From Pseudobdellovibrionaceae bacterium (GTDB lineage: Bacteria > Bdellovibrionota > Bdellovibrionia > Bdellovibrionales > Bdellovibrionaceae), in NCBI GenBank assembly GCA_039810425.1, contig JBDHWW010000004.1, positions 1 to 64,000 on the forward strand: DNA of 64,000 bases. Direction: 5' to 3'. Below are positions 49,213 to 58,614 of the stretch, one piece after another (positions within the stretch are counted from its first letter, which is position 1; each line of letters begins with the position of its first letter). Position numbers and translations under genes: made by a program. The notes under the pieces are model-generated. The model was not told where the DNA came from. It did not search any database and saw only the letters and a program-made list of their open reading frames with translations.

Positions 49213-50538
49213 ATGCGCCTACTCAAGTGGAGTCATTGCTTTTCTTTGGCTTTCTTCTTTGTTTTTCTCCTTGCCTCCACGTCTTTTACGCAAGAACTCA
49301 CGGTGCAACAAGCGATCGACGAGTCTGAAATGCACTCGCCGCGGATTCAAAAAGCGAAGTCAGCACAAGAAGAACTCGCCTGGAAAAAAACGGAAGCCAT
49401 GAGCACCTTTTTGCCTTCGTTGCAGGCCTCGGCGAGTTACCTCTTTGATAAAAAATATGTCTTTACTGATATCAATCTCGGCGGCAGCCCGGCGTCTGTT
49501 CCAGGTGTCGTGCCCACGACAAACTTTGCGGTGACAGCGAGCTATCCACTGTTTGAAGGAATGGCGGGCGTTCGCCGGTACTCTTCCGCCAGCTCCTTCT
49601 TTTCCGCGGCTCAAAAAGAATATGCCTGGGCTGAGTTCCAATTAAGCCGCGAAGTGATTCTTCAGTTCTATAAAACACTCGCATCGAAAGACCTTTTGCA
49701 AGTAGCGGAACAGAATTTAAAAACTTTGCAAGATCACTTGCGTGATGTGAACCTCTTTAAGAAGGCCGGCATGTCGACGAACTACGACGTTCTCCGCGTC
49801 GAAGTGCAGGTCAGTGAAGCGGAGTCTGAAGTCCTCAATGCCTCGGACAATCTTGCCGTCGCTCGCACAAAGCTGGCCGAAGTAATGGGTCTTGAAAAAG
49901 ACGAACGGACTCTCATGGGAGCGTGGCCAGCATTCAATGCAAAGAACACGGAGGGCCTGCATAAAGAATCTTTAAGTTCGCGCTCAGACTTGCAAGCTTT
50001 GGAGCTGCGGACGGAAGGGGCCGTGGACCTTTCGAAAGCAGCGGGCAGTTACTGGGTGCCGCGTTTGTCGGTATTCGGCCAGTATCAATACTATAACAAC
50101 CGCAACGACAAGTACGATGATTGGGATCAATTCCGTAACGCCTATCAAGTGGGTCTCAACATGACCTGGAACTTGTTCGACGGGATGACCTCGATTGCCC
50201 GTGATCACCAGGCTTTCGAGCAATCCATTCAAAGTGAGAAGACTCTTGTGCAAGCGCGTTTGAAAGCGCAACAGGACCTTGAGTTCTGGAAGAGAAAGTA
50301 TCTCTATTATGGAACCGTGTTTAAGGCTCGTCAGAATGATGTTGTGAAAGCGGAAGAATCCGTTCGCTTGGCGCGCCAAGGAAAGAAAGTCGGGACTCGA
50401 ACCGATACGGATTTGTTGGATGCGGAAGCCGAACTTTTCAAAGCGCGCGCTCTGATGGTGAATGCGCAAATGGGTTCGCTTGAAAGCTTGGTCAATCTGG
50501 AACTCACCACGGGCCGTAAATATTTAAATTTTAATTAG
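49213..50538 (+). CDS. TolC family outer membrane efflux protein
   Basis: Signal peptide; two OEP repeats (PLFEG, WNLFDG). Confidence 0.9.
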   Translation: MRLLKWSHCFSLAFFFVFLLASTSFTQELTVQQAIDESEMHSPRIQKAKSAQEELAWKKTEAMSTFLPSLQASASYLFDKKYVFTDINLGGSPASVPGVVPTTNFAVTASYPLFEGMAGVRRYSSASSFFSAAQKEYAWAEFQLSREVILQFYKTLASKDLLQVAEQNLKTLQDHLRDVNLFKKAGMSTNYDVLRVEVQVSEAESEVLNASDNLAVARTKLAEVMGLEKDERTLMGAWPAFNAKNTEGLHKESLSSRSDLQALELRTEGAVDLSKAAGSYWVPRLSVFGQYQYYNNRNDKYDDWDQFRNAYQVGLNMTWNLFDGMTSIARDHQAFEQSIQSEKTLVQARLKAQQDLEFWKRKYLYYGTVFKARQNDVVKAEESVRLARQGKKVGTRTDTDLLDAEAELFKARALMVNAQMGSLESLVNLELTTGRKYLNFN

Positions 50539-50561
50539 GAATTTTTTGAAAGCAGGGATTT

Positions 50562-51407
50562 ATGGATAGGAAGAAGATTTTAATAGGCGCGGGGACGGTT
50601 GCCGCTGTTGCGATTACTTATTTCGGGTTTGAGCAGATCATGTACGTCACAACCGACAATGCGCAAGTCGAAGCACCGGTGGTGATGCTGGCGGCAAAAG
50701 TGCCGGGCTATATTGTTGAAGTAAAAGTGGTTGAAGGCCAAAAAGTAAAAGCCGGCGATATCCTCGCCGAGATCGATAGCCGCGATTACCAAAATACCTT
50801 GAAGCAAGTCCAAAGCGAGCTTCTCAGTCTTGAGTCCCGCCGCAGAGATGCTGAACGTACCTATCAGCGTATTTCCGCGCTTTACAAACAGAGCGCGGTC
50901 AGCACTCAGCAATACGACACGGCGACGGCAAACTATTCAGAAGTAAAATCCAAGTACGAGGCGGTTTCCGCTCAGGTAGATCAGGCGAAATTGAACCTTG
51001 ATAATACCAAAATTAAAGCTCCGATGGACGGATCCATTGCCAAGAAATCCGTGGAAGTCGGCCAGTTGGCCGCGTCGGGCGTTCCGTTGATTGGTTTTGT
51101 GGGCGGTTCTGAGCGCTGGGTGATGGCGAATTTTAAAGAAACGGAAATCGGTTCTATCAAAGTTGGCAGTAGCGTCGATGTTGAGATTGATGCGATCGGC
51201 GGAAAAAGCTATCACGGCAGCATTTCCGCTTTAAGTGCGGCAACGGGTGCGACTTTCACGCTTTTACCCCCTGATAATGCGACTGGTAACTTCACGAAGG
51301 TAGTTCAGCGTGTACCGGTGAAAATCAAACTTGAGAATCTCGCGGACGCGGATCTGGAGCTATTGCGCGCCGGTCTTTCCGCTTACGTAAAAGTGAAAAA
51401 AAACTAG
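50562..51407 (+). CDS. EmrA/HlyD-type membrane fusion protein
   Basis: TDNA, ANFKET, LLPPDNATGNFTKVVQRVPV. Confidence 0.93.
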   Translation: MDRKKILIGAGTVAAVAITYFGFEQIMYVTTDNAQVEAPVVMLAAKVPGYIVEVKVVEGQKVKAGDILAEIDSRDYQNTLKQVQSELLSLESRRRDAERTYQRISALYKQSAVSTQQYDTATANYSEVKSKYEAVSAQVDQAKLNLDNTKIKAPMDGSIAKKSVEVGQLAASGVPLIGFVGGSERWVMANFKETEIGSIKVGSSVDVEIDAIGGKSYHGSISALSAATGATFTLLPPDNATGNFTKVVQRVPVKIKLENLADADLELLRAGLSAYVKVKKN

Positions 51408-51422
51408 CGCCCTAAGGATCTT

Positions 51423-52985
51423 ATGCATAAGCCGAATCCGCTGATTATATTTGTCGCGGTCTTAGCCTCATTGTTAGAAATCATCGATACTTCCATCGTG
51501 AACGTGGCTCTCACGACCATGATGGGGAATCTCGGCGCGACTCTCGAGGATATCAGTATGGTGATCACGGGCTACGCGATTGCCAACGCGATCGTATTGC
51601 CGGTCTCTGGCTGGTTCAGTGAACGTATCGGCCGCCGTAAATATTTTCTCGGTTGTATCACGGCCTTTACTTTGACCTCGGTAGCCTGTGGTCTTGCGCC
51701 TAACTTAACGACATTGATTGTCTTCCGTATCCTGCAAGGTCTCTTTGGCGGTGCTTTGTTACCAACGTCGCAGACTTTGATATATGAACAATTCCCGAAG
51801 GAAAAAGCGGGGATTGCCGGCGCCGTCTTCGGGATGAGCGTCATGGTCGGTCCGACTCTCGGCCCGGTTCTGGGCGGTTACCTGACGGACAGCTTCGGCT
51901 GGAGATCTATTTTCAATATCAATCTTCCGCTCGGAATCCTTGCCTTGGTGGTTGGTATGACTGTGATCTTTGACCGTGTTCCACAGGCGGGTGAAGTGGC
52001 AGTTGAAAAGCCAAAACTTGATTGGACGGGCTTTGCTTTGCTGGTTCTTGGGATCGGCTGTTTGCAATTCGTGCTTGAGCGCGGTGAAGCAGACGATTGG
52101 TTTTCTTCAACGGCGATTTTGCTCAACACTTTGATTGCCACGGTGTGCATTCCCGCATTTATCTGGTGGGAGTTGCGGGTAAAGAATCCGATTATCAATA
52201 TGCGCATGTTCAAAAATCCGCTCGTGCAAAATGGCGTGATGCTGATGGGTTGTTTGGGGTTCTTCCTTTATGCAGTTGTCTTTATCTTGCCGGTGTTCGT
52301 GGGGAGAGTATTTCATTACGATGCGACTCAGACGGGTGCTCTGTTTATTCCGGGCTCACTCTTAACCGCGATGATGATGCCGTTCATCGGCCGAATGATG
52401 ATGAAGGGTGTGAATCCAAAATACCTGATTGCGATTGGCTTTTTGTCACTGGAAGTCTGTTTGTGGATGATGTCAGGGCTGGCTCCGCAATCTTCGCGGG
52501 CGGAAGTCCTAAATCTTCTCTATGTGCGCGGTTTCGGGATGGCGTTCCTGTTCGTGCCGATCAACTCTTCGATCCTCAGTCAGTTTAAAGGTGCGGATCT
52601 GGGGCAGGTGTCAGGTTTGCTGAACCTCTTCCGTCAGATCGGCGGCAGTATCGGTGTTGCGATGGTGGGCACGATTCTGGCGAAGCACAACTATCAAAAC
52701 TACGCCGACATTTCGAATAAGATGTCGTTACTGAATCCGGCGGTGCAAGCGCAGTACTACAATACCGTGAATGGGATGAACAGTAAGATGTCCGACGGCG
52801 TCGGCTTTTACCATGGAACTGAGGCCGCGATTAAGAGTATCTGGGGCCGAGTGCAGAGCCAAGTTTTCATGATGAGCTTTTTGCAGCTTTGCTTTATTCT
52901 GATGTTCATCGTGGCTATCGGCTTCGTTCCTCTCTGGAGAATCCGCCTGAAAGAAGGCCCGACCGAAGTGATCGATGCTCACTAG
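51423..52985 (+). CDS. EmrB/QacA (DHA2) MFS efflux permease
   Basis: DTSIVNVAL, GPTLGPVLGG, WRSIFNINLP. Confidence 0.93.
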   Translation: MHKPNPLIIFVAVLASLLEIIDTSIVNVALTTMMGNLGATLEDISMVITGYAIANAIVLPVSGWFSERIGRRKYFLGCITAFTLTSVACGLAPNLTTLIVFRILQGLFGGALLPTSQTLIYEQFPKEKAGIAGAVFGMSVMVGPTLGPVLGGYLTDSFGWRSIFNINLPLGILALVVGMTVIFDRVPQAGEVAVEKPKLDWTGFALLVLGIGCLQFVLERGEADDWFSSTAILLNTLIATVCIPAFIWWELRVKNPIINMRMFKNPLVQNGVMLMGCLGFFLYAVVFILPVFVGRVFHYDATQTGALFIPGSLLTAMMMPFIGRMMMKGVNPKYLIAIGFLSLEVCLWMMSGLAPQSSRAEVLNLLYVRGFGMAFLFVPINSSILSQFKGADLGQVSGLLNLFRQIGGSIGVAMVGTILAKHNYQNYADISNKMSLLNPAVQAQYYNTVNGMNSKMSDGVGFYHGTEAAIKSIWGRVQSQVFMMSFLQLCFILMFIVAIGFVPLWRIRLKEGPTEVIDAH

Positions 52986-53216
52986 AAAACCCGGTATTTG
53001 AGCGGCGTTGTTTATGACGCCGCAGCCGCTCCTGCCGGCCCTTCCCATCCGCGACACTTGTCCTGGAAAAGCGCATCACAACGCGAGCTGCCTAAATTCT
53101 GATCGAAATTTTGAAAACTAGACGGTCCCTGTTTTATGCGGCCAGGAGCAGATTTTTTAATACAGAAAAACTTTTAGACGAAACCCCGTGATCCCGACTT
53201 TGGTTGAAAAAAGTCC

Positions 53217-53243
53217 TCAACTGCACCAAAAGTCCGGCCGAAA
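53217..53243 (+). promoter_or_regulatory. Possible sigma28 promoter
   Basis: TCAAC-N16-CCGAAA. Confidence 0.45.
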
Positions 53244-53304
53244 GGATCTAAGTCGAGTGAAAACAGACAATCACCATCGTCGCCAAAGGAAACGGGAGGA
53301 ACAG

Positions 53305-54393
53305 ATGGGACCACGGAATAAGTTTTTGAAAAATGTCCTGAAGGCCGGGGTGCTTTGCTCAGCAGCAGGTATGATGATGGGTAATCAATCATGCCAGGAA
53401 GAAGCCGTTGCAACCCGCGAACTCAAGCGCATCGTTGAGATGGGTAAGATCACCGCTCCGTCTATCACATTGCCTCAGGGCGGAGCTTTCGACTTCCAAT
53501 ACGTCGCGAACCAACAAATCTACGCCGTGCTACAAAATAGCGATCACTTTGCTCTGAGATATGGAACTCCGGTAGTTCCTGTCACAACGAGCAGTATTGA
53601 GTCTAAAGCTCTCAATGTGTCACGCAATGACCAAGTGATGATGAAGGCCTCTGCTCTTAATAACGGGATCTCTGAGAAGCCCCAGTACTCTAAAGATGCA
53701 GAGTGCTTGATCAACTTGCCAAATGCGCGCATCGGCGGATCGGTGAATGCTTTCGAGATGATCGGTGGCGTGGGCGTGCAAATCGGTTTCAATGCGGCAG
53801 GTCCTTTGGATGTGTCCGGTTTGACGGGTTTGGGTTTTAATATCGAATGGGCTCAGTTGGATCTCAGCATGATGGCAACTCATCCGCTGACTGCGGGTCT
53901 TTTGTCAGCGGCGAACGTGACTTCAAAGCAAACGAAAACAAAAGTGAATTTTACTTTGAATGTTGGCTCGTTCTCGGTGGGTCCAAGCGCTTATTATCAA
54001 ACCCCGCTTGCAAAAGTTACCCAGACCGCTTTGACAACGGCGTCGAATAGCTTGTACGCCGGTTTAAAAGCGAAAGAAGAATGGTACTCTCGCGTATTGA
54101 TGGACCACGATACTCACTTGGTGATCCTCGGTGGTAACAACGTGGGTGCAAAAGTTGGTGACCAGTTCAATATTTACAACGAGATTTATTACTGGGAAGG
54201 CGATCCATGCAATTCGAAATACTACGGTGGCGTCGGCTCAAATCCAGTGGCAACAATTGAAATCGATTCAGTTGGAGATGAGATCTCCTTCGGCAAAGTG
54301 ATCAGCCAGACGGATGAAAATCCTGTCCTGGGCGCGAAGGTAAAAATCCTCAAATTGGCGCCAGACGCGACGGCAAAAACCGCGGCTAAATAG
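53305..54393 (+). CDS. Hypothetical exported protein, probable lipoprotein
   Basis: GGAGG RBS before ATG 53305; MMGNQSC candidate lipidation site. Confidence 0.75.
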   Translation: MGPRNKFLKNVLKAGVLCSAAGMMMGNQSCQEEAVATRELKRIVEMGKITAPSITLPQGGAFDFQYVANQQIYAVLQNSDHFALRYGTPVVPVTTSSIESKALNVSRNDQVMMKASALNNGISEKPQYSKDAECLINLPNARIGGSVNAFEMIGGVGVQIGFNAAGPLDVSGLTGLGFNIEWAQLDLSMMATHPLTAGLLSAANVTSKQTKTKVNFTLNVGSFSVGPSAYYQTPLAKVTQTALTTASNSLYAGLKAKEEWYSRVLMDHDTHLVILGGNNVGAKVGDQFNIYNEIYYWEGDPCNSKYYGGVGSNPVATIEIDSVGDEISFGKVISQTDENPVLGAKVKILKLAPDATAKTAAK

Positions 54394-54518
54394 TCCAATG
54401 AACGCTGAATCACACTGAGAGTGGAAAAAAGCACAAAAAAGGGGCCTTAAAAGGCCCCCGTTGCCTTGCCAAGTCCCCGTAAAGAGTGTAGTTTCCGGCC
54501 CATTAAAAGGGGCCTTTT

Positions 54519-55121
54519 ATGTTTTCAGGGATTGTCGAGGCTGTCAGCGAAATTCAAAGCTCGCAGGAACTCATAAATGCTTACCGCATTCAGGTCAAAA
54601 CACCCGCGCATTTCAATGATCTTCATTTAGGCGATAGCATCGCTGTTGATGGTGTTTGTTTGACGGTGGAGGCTTTTAACGAAAAGCAAATGACCTTTGC
54701 ACTCGCCGCTGAAACCATCCGTGTTCTGAACTGGAATCCAACGAGCTGGGTCGGCAAACAAGTGAATCTTGAAAGATCCTTGCGCTTTGGTGACCGGATT
54801 CACGGCCACCTTGTCACCGGTCACGTCGATAGCCTCGCGGAAGTGACTCGTGCGGAATTACTGGGCGAGTCTTTTTCCCTTGATGTGAAAGTGGCGTCAT
54901 CAGTTCTGCCGTATGTTTGGAAAAAGGGCAGTATTACCATCAATGGCGTGAGCCTCACGGTGAATGAACTCAAAGGCTCCGTGGTGGAAGTTTGTCTCAT
55001 CCCGGAAACTTTAAAGCGTACAAACTTAGGCGCACTCAAGGTAGGTCAGGTCGCAAATATCGAGCCGGACTATATGGCCCGTGCGGTTGTTGCCGCGACC
55101 AGAAATGTGGAGGCACCGTGA
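54519..55121 (+). CDS. ribE: Riboflavin synthase (alpha chain; ribC in E. coli naming)
   Basis: MFSGIVE, GDSIAVDGVCLT, GHLVTGHVD. Confidence 0.95.
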   Translation: MFSGIVEAVSEIQSSQELINAYRIQVKTPAHFNDLHLGDSIAVDGVCLTVEAFNEKQMTFALAAETIRVLNWNPTSWVGKQVNLERSLRFGDRIHGHLVTGHVDSLAEVTRAELLGESFSLDVKVASSVLPYVWKKGSITINGVSLTVNELKGSVVEVCLIPETLKRTNLGALKVGQVANIEPDYMARAVVAATRNVEAP

Positions 55122-55768
55122 GTTTAGATTTGGGTTTCAATTCTATCGCCGAGCTGATCGAAGACATTCGCGCCGGCAAGATGGTGATCCTGGTTGATGA
55201 TGAAGGTCGTGAAAATGAAGGCGATCTGGTCTTGGCCGCAGATCACGTGACTCCCGAAGCAATCAACTTCATGGCACGCGAAGCTCGCGGCCTCATTTGC
55301 CTGCCGTTGAGTGCGCGGCAAGTGGAACGCTTGCAGCTCCCGCAAATGGTTCCTGAAGATAGAAATCATTCTTCCAACAAAACAGCCTTCACGGTCAGTA
55401 TCGAAGCCGCTGAAGGTGTCACCACAGGAATTTCCGCCGCGGACCGCACACACACGATCCGCGTGGCTTCCAATCCCAACGCGAAAGCTGCCGACGTTCA
55501 TATGCCGGGTCATATTTTTCCGATCCGGGCAAAAGACGGAGGTGTCTTGAGTCGCCCTGGACACACGGAAGGCAGTGTGGATCTCGCGACGCTTGCGGGT
55601 TTGAATCCGGCGGCGGTCATTTGCGAAGTCATCAACGATGATGGCACAATGGCGCGCGTTCCAGATCTCAAAAAATTTGCACAGAAGCATCATCTTAAGA
55701 TCGGCATGATTGTCGATTTGATTCAATTCCGCCTCTCCCAGGAGACCGGCAAACAACTTGTTCAATAA
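55118..55768 (+). CDS. ribB: 3,4-dihydroxy-2-butanone 4-phosphate synthase (no RibA domain)
   Basis: DDEGRENEGD, TTGISAADR, GHTE; GTG start overlapping ribE stop. Confidence 0.94.
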   Translation: MSLDLGFNSIAELIEDIRAGKMVILVDDEGRENEGDLVLAADHVTPEAINFMAREARGLICLPLSARQVERLQLPQMVPEDRNHSSNKTAFTVSIEAAEGVTTGISAADRTHTIRVASNPNAKAADVHMPGHIFPIRAKDGGVLSRPGHTEGSVDLATLAGLNPAAVICEVINDDGTMARVPDLKKFAQKHHLKIGMIVDLIQFRLSQETGKQLVQ

Positions 55769-55778
55769 AAGGATCGGC

Positions 55779-56333
55779 ATGACACAATTCAAAGTCGGAG
55801 TCGTTACTGCTCGTTTCAACGATGAGGTCACAGGCAAATTGGAAGAAGGAGCCCTCGCCTACCTTGAAGGCACAGGTCTTGAGGTTTTGGCGGTGAAAGT
55901 TCCCGGCGCGGTCGAGATTCCGCTGGCATGTAAAGCATTGTTCGATGCGGGTTGCACAGGTGTTGTTGCGTTGGGAGCGGTCATCCGTGGTGAGACCTCT
56001 CACTATGACTATGTTTGCAATAGCGTTGAGCGCGGTGTGACAGCACTGATGCTGGAATACAACAGACCGATTGGCTTTGGCGTCCTTACCACAGAAAATG
56101 AAGAGCAAGCGATGGATCGCGCCGGTGGTAAACACGGCAACAAAGGCGCGGAGGCGGCTCAAGTTGTTTTGGAGATGATGGGTCTTTTGACTGAGCTCGG
56201 CAAAGAAGCCGCAACGAAGTCTGCATCAAGCCAGGCAGCAAAGCCGGCACTCAAGAGTCGTACAAAAGCCAAATTGGCCAAACAGGCAAAGAGGGCCGTA
56301 AAAAAGCCTACCAAGAAAACAAAAAAGAAATAA
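55779..56333 (+). CDS. ribH: Lumazine synthase with basic C-terminal tail
   Basis: ARFN, VPGAVEIP, IRGETSHYDYV, NKGAEAA. Confidence 0.95.
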   Translation: MTQFKVGVVTARFNDEVTGKLEEGALAYLEGTGLEVLAVKVPGAVEIPLACKALFDAGCTGVVALGAVIRGETSHYDYVCNSVERGVTALMLEYNRPIGFGVLTTENEEQAMDRAGGKHGNKGAEAAQVVLEMMGLLTELGKEAATKSASSQAAKPALKSRTKAKLAKQAKRAVKKPTKKTKKK

Positions 56334-56343
56334 ACTTACTTAA

Positions 56344-58614
56344 ATGGCAGACAATAAAAAACCGGTCGAAATAGACAGCGAGATCCGCGAAGCCAAAGTC
56401 GTGGATCTTTCTCCAAAGATGGAGTTCCGCAAGCGGCGCCGTGAGCTTATTACCATCGCGCTGTTGTCTTTGCTCGTCTTCTTTCTGACCTGGTTTGAAA
56501 TTCGTATTCTTGCGACCAGCAAGCAGCTGCCCTTTGTTCACAGTATCTTCTTCTTCGGGCTTGTTAATTTCAACATCATCCTGTTGTTGCTTTTGATCTT
56601 CCTGATTTTTCGTAACGTCGTAAAAGTGTTCGTTGAGCGACGGGGTAAGATCTTTGGTAGTAGTTTGAAAGCGAAACTGATCGCCGCTTTTGTGGCCTTT
56701 AGTACCATTCCGACGTTGTTGATGTTCGTCATCTCGGTGTTTTATATCAACTCGAGCTTCGATAAGTGGTTCAGCGTAAAAATGGTGGGTGTCCTCAAAA
56801 GCTCGCTCGAGGTGACTAACGCATATTATGCGGGGACAAAGACCAAAAACTATCACTTTGCTCACCAGATCGCGAACCGGGTTCAAAAAGAACGCAGCTC
56901 GGCGGCAATTCAAAAGACCATCAATCAGCTTCGTAAAGAATATGCCTTGGATTCAGCGGAGTACTATCCGTCGCTGTTCCAAGGCCGTGTGTCTTCGTTC
57001 TCTGAAGACGATAACATCCCGCCTATTCCACCGGTCTCTCTTGAGTTCTTACAAAAGGGGGTTAAGGCCCACCGCGAGTGGAGTACCATTCATCAATTCG
57101 GCGAGGGAAACCTCGTGCGTGTCATCGTGCCGGTAAAAGAGGGCGAGGACCGCGGCGCCATTGTCGTTTCAAGTTTCGTTCCACTCTCGTTGATCTCGCG
57201 TATGAATGATGTGGGGACCGCCTACGAAGAATTCCGTGACATCAATCCGCTCGAATATCCGCTGAAGTCAATTTACCTGATCATCTTGTTCCTGATCACG
57301 TTTGTGATTCTGCTGGCGGCAACATGGTTCGGTTTCTATCTCGCTCGCCAACTGGCGGTGCCGCTGGTGCAACTTGGTAAGGCAACCTTGCGCGTTGCCG
57401 GCGGGGATTATTCGCAGAAAATCGAAACCAGTTCCGGCAGTGAAGAGATCTCGCTCTTGATTACATCCTTCAATAAAATGACCGAGACTCTGGCGACGTC
57501 CGAACGCGAACTGCAAAATACCTTGGAGGACTTGGATCAGCACAATCGCTATATCGAGGTCGTGCTTGGGAATGTCAGTACCGGTGTGATTTCCGTGGGC
57601 CAAAACGGTCAAGTCACAACCATCAATCGTCACGCGGCTGATTTGCTTAAGATTGATCCAGCGAAATATGTGGGCCGCCCAGTGCGCGAGCTGCTGACTC
57701 TTGAGTACTTCCGCACCTTCTCCGAGTTGTTAAAGACCATGCAGGATCACAAGACTGAAAACATCTCGAAAGAGTTCCATGTGAATGTTCAAGGCCAATC
57801 GATCCCACTGCAAATGAATCTATCGATCCTGAAAGACGAACGTGGCCAAGAGGTCGGTATGATTCTTGTATTCGACGACATGAGTCCTATCGTAAATGCA
57901 CAGCGTGCGGCGGCATGGACGGAAGTGGCCCGCCGTATCGCGCACGAAATTAAGAATCCTTTGACGCCGATCAAGCTTTCTGCGGAACGTTTGCAGCGCA
58001 AATTCGGCGCGCAAGTAACAGATCCGGCATTTAGTGAATGCACTAATATGATCATTCACCAAGTGGATGATCTCAAAAAAATGGTGAACGAGTTCAGTCA
58101 GTTTGCGCGTTTGCCACAAAGCAAGCCGGTCACCGGGACGCTCAACAAGGTCATCGAAGAGTCTCTGATGGTCTTCCGTCAGGCGCATCCAAACGTGAAG
58201 TTCGATTTCCAGGAGGATCCGAATTTGCCGGAATTCAAATTCGACCCCGATCAGATACGTCGTGTGTTCGTGAACTTGATCGACAACTCCGTGGCGGCCC
58301 TTAGTAAAGAGGCAGTGCCCGTGATCACCATCACCACTCGCTACGACAGTGACCTTAAAATTGTCCGCCTGACAGTGGCCGACAATGGTGAGGGGATCCC
58401 GGCGGTGGAGCGCAACCGCATTTTCGAGCCTTATTATAGCACAAAAGAAGGAGGCACCGGTCTCGGCCTTCCGATTGTGAAACGAATTATTGAAGACCAC
58501 AATGGTTTCATTCGCGCGACTGCAAATGAGCCCAAAGGAACTAAAATGCTGATGGAACTTCCAGTAAACGTCGTTGACGCCTGGAGCCCGTCAAAGGCAG
58601 GGAATAAAGTATGA
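56344..58614 (+). CDS. ntrY: NtrY-like sensor histidine kinase (HAMP-PAS-HK)
   Basis: AWTEVARRIAHEIKNPLTPIKLSAERL; GTGLGL. Confidence 0.88.
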   Translation: MADNKKPVEIDSEIREAKVVDLSPKMEFRKRRRELITIALLSLLVFFLTWFEIRILATSKQLPFVHSIFFFGLVNFNIILLLLLIFLIFRNVVKVFVERRGKIFGSSLKAKLIAAFVAFSTIPTLLMFVISVFYINSSFDKWFSVKMVGVLKSSLEVTNAYYAGTKTKNYHFAHQIANRVQKERSSAAIQKTINQLRKEYALDSAEYYPSLFQGRVSSFSEDDNIPPIPPVSLEFLQKGVKAHREWSTIHQFGEGNLVRVIVPVKEGEDRGAIVVSSFVPLSLISRMNDVGTAYEEFRDINPLEYPLKSIYLIILFLITFVILLAATWFGFYLARQLAVPLVQLGKATLRVAGGDYSQKIETSSGSEEISLLITSFNKMTETLATSERELQNTLEDLDQHNRYIEVVLGNVSTGVISVGQNGQVTTINRHAADLLKIDPAKYVGRPVRELLTLEYFRTFSELLKTMQDHKTENISKEFHVNVQGQSIPLQMNLSILKDERGQEVGMILVFDDMSPIVNAQRAAAWTEVARRIAHEIKNPLTPIKLSAERLQRKFGAQVTDPAFSECTNMIIHQVDDLKKMVNEFSQFARLPQSKPVTGTLNKVIEESLMVFRQAHPNVKFDFQEDPNLPEFKFDPDQIRRVFVNLIDNSVAALSKEAVPVITITTRYDSDLKIVRLTVADNGEGIPAVERNRIFEPYYSTKEGGTGLGLPIVKRIIEDHNGFIRATANEPKGTKMLMELPVNVVDAWSPSKAGNKV

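Noticed and set aside
48611..52985. MarR-TolC-EmrAB as a novel system
   Set aside because: Standard tripartite efflux operon.
54394..54518. FMN riboswitch
   Set aside because: RFN consensus motifs are absent and the region is short.
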